A DNA stretch of 64,000 nt from an uncultured Halomonas sp. (lineage in GTDB: Bacteria > Pseudomonadota > Gammaproteobacteria > Pseudomonadales > Halomonadaceae), in the NCBI GenBank assembly GCA_964456005.1, contig CAYWBG010000001.1, forward strand, positions 72-64,071, read 5' to 3'. Under the pieces are notes generated by a model. The model searched no databases. It saw nothing but the letters and a program-made list of their open reading frames with translations, and was not told the DNA's origin. The position numbers and the translations under genes were made by a program. This document shows positions 49,539 through 57,678 of the stretch, one piece after another (the stretch's first letter is position 1; each line of letters starts with the position of its first letter).

Positions 49539-50603
49539 TTACTTGGAGGCGGTCAGGCCGGTCACGCTGCCGATGGTCTCGTTCCAGCGATCCACCCACG
49601 CCTGATCCACACGGTTGGCCCAGTTGGGCAGCAGAGTCTCTTCCAGGTGACGGGTGGCATCCTCGAAGTCCTGGTCAGTGGCTTCCACCAGTACCATATC
49701 GCCGGGGTCGCCACGGGTGCACTCGCCCTCCCCCGTCAGGCAGGCAATGCCTTCACGGGTCTCCTCGACCGCGGATTCCCACACCGGGTCCTCGTAATTT
49801 TCCTTGATCTCGCCCATCAGCCAATCTTGTGTCTCGGCCGACAATGAGGACCATTTATCACCGTTCATGGCGGTCACCACATGATCCCAGCCGCCCACGG
49901 GCAGCGGATACAGATGGGTGGAGACCTCATACCAGCCGGAGCTGTATCCGGACAGCGACCCGGTTACGGCACAGTCGATGACCCCACGCTGAAGCGCACC
50001 GGGCACCTCGCTGAAATTGAGAGTGATCCCCTCGGCACCCAACGCCTCCAGGAACTCGGCGGTGGTGCGTCCGCTGGCCCGCACCTTCTTGCCGGCCAGA
50101 TCAGGCAGCCCGTCGATGTCAGCGTTGCAGAAGACCATCTGCGAGGGATAAGGCACCACCGCCAGCAACTTGGCGCCGCCGTAACGTTCCACGAAGGCAT
50201 CGGCCAGCACCGGGCGGTAGGCCTCGGCCACCTCACGCGCCGTCTCGACGTCCGTCGCAATCATCGGCATGTCCAAGCCTTCCAGTTCAGGCGCATCCTG
50301 GACGGCGTAGTTGGCCACCGTCGACGCTACCTCGATCACGTCACGGCCCATCAGGCGGTATACCTCACCGCCGCCCAGGCCCATCTGATCAAAGGTAGTG
50401 ACACTGGTCGAGATCCGCCCCCCCGAGGCCTCCGGCAGGTGACGTTCCCAGAACGGGCGCTCGAAGTTCTGGTAGAGCGATAGGCTGCTCCAGCTGCCGA
50501 CGTAGGCGATGCTGGTCTCGTCCAGCTCCTGGGCGTGAGCCTGGGACGCGGTGACCAGCATGCCGGCAGTAACCGCCGCAACGAGATGTTGTCTTGTCAT
50601 CAT
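49539..50603 (-). CDS. TRAP transporter substrate-binding protein DctP
   Basis: Signal peptide ending AHA; DL.GKKVR (conserved Arg); EV..ALQRGVIDC. Confidence 0.9.
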   Translation of the reverse strand: MMTRQHLVAAVTAGMLVTASQAHAQELDETSIAYVGSWSSLSLYQNFERPFWERHLPEASGGRISTSVTTFDQMGLGGGEVYRLMGRDVIEVASTVANYAVQDAPELEGLDMPMIATDVETAREVAEAYRPVLADAFVERYGGAKLLAVVPYPSQMVFCNADIDGLPDLAGKKVRASGRTTAEFLEALGAEGITLNFSEVPGALQRGVIDCAVTGSLSGYSSGWYEVSTHLYPLPVGGWDHVVTAMNGDKWSSLSAETQDWLMGEIKENYEDPVWESAVEETREGIACLTGEGECTRGDPGDMVLVEATDQDFEDATRHLEETLLPNWANRVDQAWVDRWNETIGSVTGLTASK

Positions 50604-50634
50604 GAGAGTTCCTCTTTTTGTATTTCAGAACGCG

Positions 50635-51438
50635 TTACAACAGGGCCACACGGCTGTCGGGAATGTCCGTGATCAGCATGTGGCCCGGACTGTGGGTAAT
50701 GGCGAAATCAACGCCGGCCTCGATCAGGACCTGCTGCGGGGTCACGCCGCAGGCCCAGAACACCGGGAGTTCGTCATCCCCCACCGACACCGCATCACCA
50801 TAATCTGGTGAATGGATATTCTGGATACCAATCAGAGCCGGGTCGCCCAGGTGCACCGGGGCGCCATGGGTCTGAGGGTAGCGGGTTGTGATCTGGATGG
50901 CCCGAATGGCATCGCGGGCGATATAGGGACGCATCGAGACGACCAGATGGCCACCAAAGCCGCCGGCCGGCACCAGCGGCACGGAGGTGCGGTACATGGG
51001 TACGTTACGGCCTTCATCGATATGGCGAACCGGCAGACCATCCAGCATCAGGGCATGCTCGAAGGTGAAGGAGCAGCCCAGGGCAAAGGTCACCAGGTCA
51101 TCACGCCAGATGGCAGAGACATCGTGGATCGTTTCATCGAGCCGACCGTCACGATAAATACAGTAGGCAGGGACATCCCGGGCAATATCCAGGTCATCAG
51201 CCAGGACCTCACAGCCTCGCTGGCCTGGCTCACTGACCGCGAGTAGCGGGCAAGGCTTGGGGTTAGCCTGACAGAAACGCAGGAAGCCGTTGGCCTGCGG
51301 TTCGGGGAGAATCACTAGGTTGACCTGGACGAAGCCCTTGGCCAGCCCGGCAGTGGGTCCGATCAGGGTGCCCTGACGAGCCGCGAGACGCACGGCTCTT
51401 GGGTCATTGTCGGCATAAGAAAAGGAATCGATTGTCAT
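50635..51438 (-). CDS. D-glutamate cyclase family protein (DUF1445/UPF0317, YcsI-like putative hydro-lyase)
   Basis: TAG.A.G.VQ.NL.IL, F.RFCQ.NPKPCPLL, D.V.F.LGCSF.FE, NVPMYRT, VVSMRP, HGAPVH.GDP, PVFWACGVTPQ, ITH.PGHM. Confidence 0.9.
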   Translation of the reverse strand: MTIDSFSYADNDPRAVRLAARQGTLIGPTAGLAKGFVQVNLVILPEPQANGFLRFCQANPKPCPLLAVSEPGQRGCEVLADDLDIARDVPAYCIYRDGRLDETIHDVSAIWRDDLVTFALGCSFTFEHALMLDGLPVRHIDEGRNVPMYRTSVPLVPAGGFGGHLVVSMRPYIARDAIRAIQITTRYPQTHGAPVHLGDPALIGIQNIHSPDYGDAVSVGDDELPVFWACGVTPQQVLIEAGVDFAITHSPGHMLITDIPDSRVALL

Positions 51439-51495
51439 TGTTTTGCCTTGTCACCTTGTGATCTCAAGGTAAGGCAGAACTTCTGATTACATCAA

Positions 51496-51533
51496 ATCGA
51501 TATTTAAGATCACTATTGATCCACTTAATTGAT
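51496..51533. promoter_or_regulatory. Tandem LysR-type operator boxes
   Basis: Two ATC-N9-GAT dyads (51496-51510 and 51519-51533) in an AT-rich gap, next to a candidate -35 TTGATG on the minus strand. Confidence 0.65.
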
Positions 51534-51545
51534 CAAACGGTTTTC

Positions 51546-52433
51546 TCACTCTCGACGGGCATCGTCCACCGTGCTCAGAGACAGCTCGGCGACCGCGCGC
51601 AGCACCGTGGCGCCGGGTGCCGCGCTGTAAGCAATGTTGAAGACCAGATCCGGTAGAGAGGCCTCGACGCGAAATTCGCGAAGGGCCCCGGACTCCAGTT
51701 CCCGAGTGAGGATTTCCCGAGGCAGGGCACTGACACCAAGGCCATCGACGGTCATGCGGATGATGGTGGAAAGCGAGGAACTGGAATGGATCTGGGTTGG
51801 GTGATTCATGGGGTTGATCAATGACCTGATATTGGCGTAAGGCTCGCTGCGCCGGGGATAGGTGATGATGGGAATACGCGCCAGGTCGGCCAGGCTGATG
51901 GGTTCGTTAGGTAGTGCAATCGACGGGCTGGCAACCCATACCAGCGAGTAGCGACAGAAGGATTGATTGATGATGTCGGGCTGGCTGACCTCACCGATCA
52001 GGAAGGCGATATCGATCTCACGGCTCACCAGCTTGTCGGCAAGGTTGAGTGAGATATCGACGTCGAGCTCCAGGTTGACCGCCGGATAGGCCTCGCTGAT
52101 CTTCTCGATCAGCCTGGGCAACCAGGTGTAGGCGATGGTCTCCGACACCCCGAGGCGAATCGTGCCATGGATGGCATCGGGTTGTGCGACCGTTTCCAGC
52201 AGTTCGGAGTGAAGCTGAAGAATTTTCTCCGCATAGACCAGCAGCTGTCGGCCCTTCGCCGTCAGGACCGCCTTGCGACCCGTGCGGTCGAACAGCTCGG
52301 TGCGCAGTTCATCCTCGAGAGTGGAAATTCTCGCCGACACCGAGGGCTGTGATGCATAAAGCCGCCTGGCGGCAGCCCTGAAGCTTCCCAGCCTGGCAAT
52401 CCAGACAAAGGTTTCCAGTGTCTTGATATTCAT
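51546..52433 (-). CDS. LysR family transcriptional regulator
   Basis: L.TFVWIARLGSFRAAARRL..SQPSVSARI..LE.EL...LFDR; substrate-binding domain. Confidence 0.95.
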   Translation of the reverse strand: MNIKTLETFVWIARLGSFRAAARRLYASQPSVSARISTLEDELRTELFDRTGRKAVLTAKGRQLLVYAEKILQLHSELLETVAQPDAIHGTIRLGVSETIAYTWLPRLIEKISEAYPAVNLELDVDISLNLADKLVSREIDIAFLIGEVSQPDIINQSFCRYSLVWVASPSIALPNEPISLADLARIPIITYPRRSEPYANIRSLINPMNHPTQIHSSSSLSTIIRMTVDGLGVSALPREILTRELESGALREFRVEASLPDLVFNIAYSAAPGATVLRAVAELSLSTVDDARRE

Positions 52434-52710
52434 GCGGCACTGACTCAGCAATGGGTAAGAGACGACGCCTACCGGAATGAAAGATTCCATCGTCGAATAG
52501 GCGCATTGAACCATTACATAAACCTATCACAGCGGCGAAGAACGGTGGGGCGATGAACCACTCAGTAAAAGACATGGCCCGTTGCGCCCGAATGGCAGGC
52601 GCAGCGTTTACAGATTGTCTAATGGTTGCTCGGGGCGTTCGGCCGGTCAGCTGCTAGGCTTTAGGATGTCCTATCCTGACTCACCGAACATTCCACAAGA
52701 GGTCCTCGAG

Positions 52711-53694
52711 ATGACCCCACGTCACTTCAAGCCAGTGCTGCTTACGCTCGCCTGCTTCACCGCCTCCGGCACCGCCCTGGCGGCGGAATGGAACATGGCG
52801 ACCCCCTACGGTGATGCCAGTTTCCATACCCAGAACGTTAAACAGTTTGCCGAGGATGTGGCGGAAGCCACCGACGGCGAACTGCGCATCAACGTTCACA
52901 GCGGCGGCTCGCTGGTGGCCCACGGCGAGATCAAGCCCTCGGTGCGGCGCGGCACCATCGATGCAGGCGAGATCTTCCTGTCGGTCCTCTCCAACGAAGA
53001 CCCGATCTTCGAGATCGATACCCTCCCCGGTGTGGCCGGCAGCTACGAGGAGGCCATGACCCTGTGGGAAGCGACTCGCCCGATGATCACCGACCTCTTT
53101 GCCGAGGAGGGCCTGATCCCCCTCTATGCCGTAGCCTGGCCCGCACAGGGCATCTATACCCGCGACGCCCTGGAAGACCCCGACCAGTTCGATGGCCTGC
53201 GGGTGCGCGCGCCCAACATCAACACTCAACGCTTCGTGCAGAACCTGGGTGGCAACCCCACCGAGACCGAGGAGTCGGACATTCCCACCGCCTTCAGCAC
53301 CGGACGCGTGGACGCCATGATCACCTCCAGCGCCACCGGCAACGCCATGACCGCCTGGGATTACATCTCCCACTACACGGATGCCAACCTCTGGCTGCCC
53401 AAGAATATTGTCTTTATCAACCAGCGCTCCTTCGACGGTCTCGACGAGGCCACCCAAGACGCCCTCATGGAAGCGGCCGAGCGTGCCGAGGCGCGGGGCT
53501 GGGAAATGAGCCGGGAGAACAACGAGACCAGCCTGCAGGCGCTGCAGGAAAACGGCGTGACCGTATCGACCCCCAATGAGCAGGTCGCCGCCGCCCTGCA
53601 GGAGGCGGGTAACCAGCTGTTCGAGGACTGGCAGTCACGTGCCAGCGAGCAGGCCCTGGAACTGCTTGAGACCTATCGCGCCGACCTCGAGTAA
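52711..53694 (+). CDS. TRAP substrate-binding protein resembling pyroglutamate-binding DctP6/DctP7
   Basis: TQN.KQFA.DV..AT.G.L, NEDP.FEID, W.ATRP, WP.QGIYT, AFSTG..DAM.TS.ATG, AE.RGW. Similarity is recalled, not computed. Confidence 0.85.
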   Translation: MTPRHFKPVLLTLACFTASGTALAAEWNMATPYGDASFHTQNVKQFAEDVAEATDGELRINVHSGGSLVAHGEIKPSVRRGTIDAGEIFLSVLSNEDPIFEIDTLPGVAGSYEEAMTLWEATRPMITDLFAEEGLIPLYAVAWPAQGIYTRDALEDPDQFDGLRVRAPNINTQRFVQNLGGNPTETEESDIPTAFSTGRVDAMITSSATGNAMTAWDYISHYTDANLWLPKNIVFINQRSFDGLDEATQDALMEAAERAEARGWEMSRENNETSLQALQENGVTVSTPNEQVAAALQEAGNQLFEDWQSRASEQALELLETYRADLE

Positions 53695-53750
53695 TGCCCT
53701 GCCGGCGCGGCGCCTCGCCGCCGCGCCGGCCATCCATCGGGAACCCTTTC

Positions 53751-54314
53751 ATGACCTTCAAGTTCGCGCTGCTCTACCGCATGGGTGCCTGGGGAGCGGC
53801 GGTGTGTATGGTGACGATCTGTGCCCTGGTGGCCCTGCAGGTTGCCTCCCGGGTCCTCGACGCGCTCCTGCACATGATCGGCATGCCGCGCCTGGGCCTG
53901 AGCATTACCGGCGTGTCTGAGATCGCCGCCTACCTGCTGGTTGGCGCCACCTTCCTGGGGCTGGCCTACACCTTCGTCCACCATGCCCACATTCGCGTCA
54001 CCCTGCTGATCTCGCGACTGCCCTCCCGGGTCCGGGTCTGGTTCGAGGTAGCCTGCCTGATCGTGGCGCTCGCCCTCAGCCTGCTGCTGGCTCATGGCCT
54101 CATCGAGCTCGCCCGCGAGAGCCTGCACTTCCGGGACGTCTCCTCGGGCTTCTTGTCGATCCCCCTGTGGATCCCGCAGACCGTTCTGGCGACCGGCGTC
54201 GGCCTGCTCTGCCTGGCGCTGGCCGAGGCCCTGTTCATGACGCTACGCATCGCTGCCAAGGAACCGGACCGCTTCCGCGAGCTCACCGACAACGACGACA
54301 GCGATCTGCCATGA
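53751..54314 (+). CDS. TRAP transporter small permease DctQ
   Basis: FLGLAYTF...AHIRV.L, IPLWIPQ. Confidence 0.9.
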   Translation: MTFKFALLYRMGAWGAAVCMVTICALVALQVASRVLDALLHMIGMPRLGLSITGVSEIAAYLLVGATFLGLAYTFVHHAHIRVTLLISRLPSRVRVWFEVACLIVALALSLLLAHGLIELARESLHFRDVSSGFLSIPLWIPQTVLATGVGLLCLALAEALFMTLRIAAKEPDRFRELTDNDDSDLP

Positions 54315-54339
54315 CCCCTGCCCATCGGGAGACACCCAC

Positions 54340-55644
54340 GTGCTGATCCTTAGCCTGGCCAGCGTCCTCACCCTGGCGATCCTCCTGGGCAGTGGCGTGT
54401 GGATCGCCTTCGCCCTGATTGGAACCGCCTGGGTCGCCCTAGAGTTCTTCAGTGCCTTCTCCCCCGGCCCCATCCTGGCGTCGGACTTTTGGGGCGCCAG
54501 TTACGGCTGGGATCTCACGGCACTGCCGATGTTCATCTGGATGGGTGAGATCCTGTTTCGCTCGGGGTTGGCCGACAACATGTTCCGCGGCCTCTCACCC
54601 TGGCTCAACCGCCTGCCCGGACGCCTGCTGCATACCAACATCATCGGCAGCGGCATGTTTGCGGCCGTCTGCGGCTCCTCGGCCGCCACCTGCGCCACGG
54701 TCGGCAAGATGACGCTACCGGAACTGGAACGTCGGGGCTATGACCCGCAGATGGCCATCGGTACGCTGGCCAGCGCCTCTACCCTGGGCCTGCTCATCCC
54801 CCCCTCGATCGTGCTGATCGTCTACGGGGTGGTCACCGAGCAGTCGATCTCCCGCCTGTTCATGGCCGGGGTGGGGCCGGGGTTGATGATACTGTCGCTG
54901 TTCATGAGCTACCTGATCGTCTGGGCGCTCCTCAAGGGCAAGCGCCAGGGACTGACCGGTGAGGACGAATCCTCGCTCCCGCTGGCGCAGAAGTTGCGCC
55001 AGACCTGGTCGCTGATCCCCATCCTGGCGCTGATTGGCGGGATCATCTTCAGCATCTACGGCGGGCTGGCCTCCCCCACCGAGGCGGCGGCCGTGGGCGT
55101 GGTACTGTCGATGCTGATTGCCCGCATGAACGGCCACTTCGGCTGGACCATCTTTCAGGACTCGCTGTTTGCCGCCATCCGCACCGCCTGCATGATCGCC
55201 TTCATCATCGCCGGCGCGTCGTTTCTCACCTCGGCGATGGGCTTCACCCAGGTGCCCATGCAACTCGCCCGGGCCATCGGCGAGATGGGGCTCTCGCCGA
55301 CCCTGCTCTTGGTGGCGCTGACGCTGCTGCTGCTGATCATGGGCTGTTTCCTCGACGGGATCTCGCTGATCCTGCTGGTCACGGCCATTATCATGCCGGT
55401 GGTCAGTGCCGCCGGGTTCGACCTGATCTGGTTTGGCATCTATCTGGTGATCGTGGTGGAGATGTCGCAGATCACCCCACCGGTGGGCTTCAACCTGTTC
55501 GTGATCCAGGGGCTGACCGGCAAGGACATCCTGACCATTACCAAGGCCACCCTGCCCTTCTTCCTGCTAATGCTGGTGGCCATCGCCTTGATGCATCTGT
55601 TTCCGGAGATCGCCCTCTACCTGCCTGAGGCAATGAACCGCTAA
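54340..55644 (+). CDS. TRAP transporter large permease DctM
   Basis: LTALPMFIWMGEILFR, GSSAATCATVG, TLGLLIPPS, ASPTEAAA, ITPPVGFNLFV. Confidence 0.93.
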   Translation: MLILSLASVLTLAILLGSGVWIAFALIGTAWVALEFFSAFSPGPILASDFWGASYGWDLTALPMFIWMGEILFRSGLADNMFRGLSPWLNRLPGRLLHTNIIGSGMFAAVCGSSAATCATVGKMTLPELERRGYDPQMAIGTLASASTLGLLIPPSIVLIVYGVVTEQSISRLFMAGVGPGLMILSLFMSYLIVWALLKGKRQGLTGEDESSLPLAQKLRQTWSLIPILALIGGIIFSIYGGLASPTEAAAVGVVLSMLIARMNGHFGWTIFQDSLFAAIRTACMIAFIIAGASFLTSAMGFTQVPMQLARAIGEMGLSPTLLLVALTLLLLIMGCFLDGISLILLVTAIIMPVVSAAGFDLIWFGIYLVIVVEMSQITPPVGFNLFVIQGLTGKDILTITKATLPFFLLMLVAIALMHLFPEIALYLPEAMNR

Positions 55645-57497
55645 ACGCGCTTGGTCTGGCGGTTGGCGGCGGCCTCGGCCAGCACCGCCCGTGGGTCACG
55701 GGGATAGAAGCGTTCGGGCTGGCGCTCCACGTGGGGGAAGAAGCGGGTGTCCTTGTAGGGCATCTTCATGAACCCGGAGACACCGAGCCCCTCGATCAAC
55801 CCCACGGCCTCAAGAATATCCTCCAGGCGTCGCCGGAACTCCGCCTCCCGGGGCGGATCCAGCAGGCGATAGTAACTGTGGATCTTGAGATGCTCGGGCA
55901 GCGCCTCGAAGATGATCATGCCGGTGTGGTGGATCTCGTTGAGCGCCTCCAGCGAGGTGATGATCGCCTCCGGCAGCGTGAGGAATTCCTCCGGGTCGGG
56001 GCCATCCTCGAAGTAGCTGTGCAGCCGACTGCGGTCCTCCAGTTCGGGTACCGCGCTGACCTCATAGGCCAGACGCATGCCCGATTCGATCTCGAAGGGC
56101 CGGTCCGGCCCCTCGCGATCCAGGTGCAGGGTGTCGCGGGCATTGAACAGGCAGCTCTTGAAGATCCCCTGGCGATAGATCGCCCGGGCCAGGTGCACCA
56201 TATTGTTGACCGCGGCGATGAAGGCCGGACGCCGCTCGGCGTCGTGGAGATTGAGCGAGGTGTCGATGTAGACGCCATCGGCCTCCCAGCGCACCGCCAG
56301 ACCGCCCACCACCGGATACCGGCCCAGCCGGCTCACCGCGGCGAGGAAAGCCTTCTCGGTCTCGCCCATGCCCTGCATGAAGTTCTTGTAGTAGCGGTCG
56401 AGCTGGACATCGTTGACGTCGTTTAGGGTGTCGGGCGCCCCCTCCTCGCGCAGGAAGGCCTTGCGCGAGCTGTAGACCACAGTATCGATCTCCCGCTCGG
56501 CCGGGCGTACCCAGACCGGCACCAGCGCCTGGGTCGGCGGCACGGGCAGGTCGATCATCACCAGCCGGGCCAGGCGCGGCATCTCGCGGATGAAGTAATC
56601 CCCGGCCTTGAGGCGCAGCCGGGGGTCCGGGTCCAGCATGCCGTCGAGCATGCGGGCAAACTCCACCGGCAGGCCCAGGGAGGTGGCGGGTATCGCGCGA
56701 TGACCGAAACGGCAGGATTGCGCCGAGGCCAGGGCGTAGAGGGTGCCGGCGGCCCCCTGCTCGTCGAAACGTGGCGAGGAGAGCGCCCCGTTGAGTTGCT
56801 CTTCGCCAATGAAGTAGACATCGCCCAGGCGGGCGTTGGTCTGCTGCAGGTTGTCAGACATCAGCTCCATGACGTTGGCCGCCACGAACTGCTGGTTGGC
56901 ATCGAGCTGGGCGAACACCGAGGACCCCCAGTCGATCAGGGCGATAGTCTCGGTTCCGGCGTCGAAGACCAGGTTGGAGGGCTTGATATCACCGTGGACG
57001 ATGGGCCGCCCCGCCGGGCCGGCCTCCTGGCGCAGCGCCCGCAGGATATCGGCCAGCTGGTCGGCGATATGCACCACCAGGCGCGGCGACAGGCGCCCCT
57101 CGCGCAGCGAGACTTCTTCGAGGTTGAGGCCGGGCGCGCGCTGCATCACCAGGATCGACTGCTGTCGCACCCGCTGGTAGGCGATGAGCTTCGGTACACG
57201 GGGATGATCCACCTGCTCCAGCATGAAGGCCTCCTCTTCGAGGCGGTCCTGGAGGTGCTGGGGCAGGGTGATCCGGGTGAACTTGAAGACGTACTGGTCC
57301 CCCAGGGCGGTGAACCCGGCGAACACGAAGCCGTAGGCCCCCTTGCCGATCAGCGCGATCTCCCGGTAGCCCAGCTGCTCGAGCTGAGCCTGACACAGCG
57401 ACACCCACGCCTTGAGCTTGCGGGCATCGTCGTGGCTGAGCAGGTAGATCGACTGCTCTTCCGGGATATAGAACTGCTGCAGAGGCGCCTGGGTCAT
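55641..57497 (-). CDS. Soluble Hanks-type Ser/Thr protein kinase with unrecognised C-terminal domain
   Basis: IGKGAYGFVF, VFK, EEEA, HP.VPKL, HGDIKPSN, LIDWG; no signal peptide or TM segment. Confidence 0.82.
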   Translation of the reverse strand: MTQAPLQQFYIPEEQSIYLLSHDDARKLKAWVSLCQAQLEQLGYREIALIGKGAYGFVFAGFTALGDQYVFKFTRITLPQHLQDRLEEEAFMLEQVDHPRVPKLIAYQRVRQQSILVMQRAPGLNLEEVSLREGRLSPRLVVHIADQLADILRALRQEAGPAGRPIVHGDIKPSNLVFDAGTETIALIDWGSSVFAQLDANQQFVAANVMELMSDNLQQTNARLGDVYFIGEEQLNGALSSPRFDEQGAAGTLYALASAQSCRFGHRAIPATSLGLPVEFARMLDGMLDPDPRLRLKAGDYFIREMPRLARLVMIDLPVPPTQALVPVWVRPAEREIDTVVYSSRKAFLREEGAPDTLNDVNDVQLDRYYKNFMQGMGETEKAFLAAVSRLGRYPVVGGLAVRWEADGVYIDTSLNLHDAERRPAFIAAVNNMVHLARAIYRQGIFKSCLFNARDTLHLDREGPDRPFEIESGMRLAYEVSAVPELEDRSRLHSYFEDGPDPEEFLTLPEAIITSLEALNEIHHTGMIIFEALPEHLKIHSYYRLLDPPREAEFRRRLEDILEAVGLIEGLGVSGFMKMPYKDTRFFPHVERQPERFYPRDPRAVLAEAAANRQTKRV

Positions 57498-57678
57498 TGT
57501 TCCACTCTCGTCATGGTCCCGCCACAGGGCACCTGACGGCGCCATTCGCTCGGCAGCGCCGAACTCCCACCGGTCGCTTCAACCTGGGTGGCCATGGATC
57601 GACCACCCTGGCCATTCCTTCTGGTGGGAGCCACGCTCCGCGGGGCGATTCGCCGCGCAGCGGCGCAGAAATCGCTGC

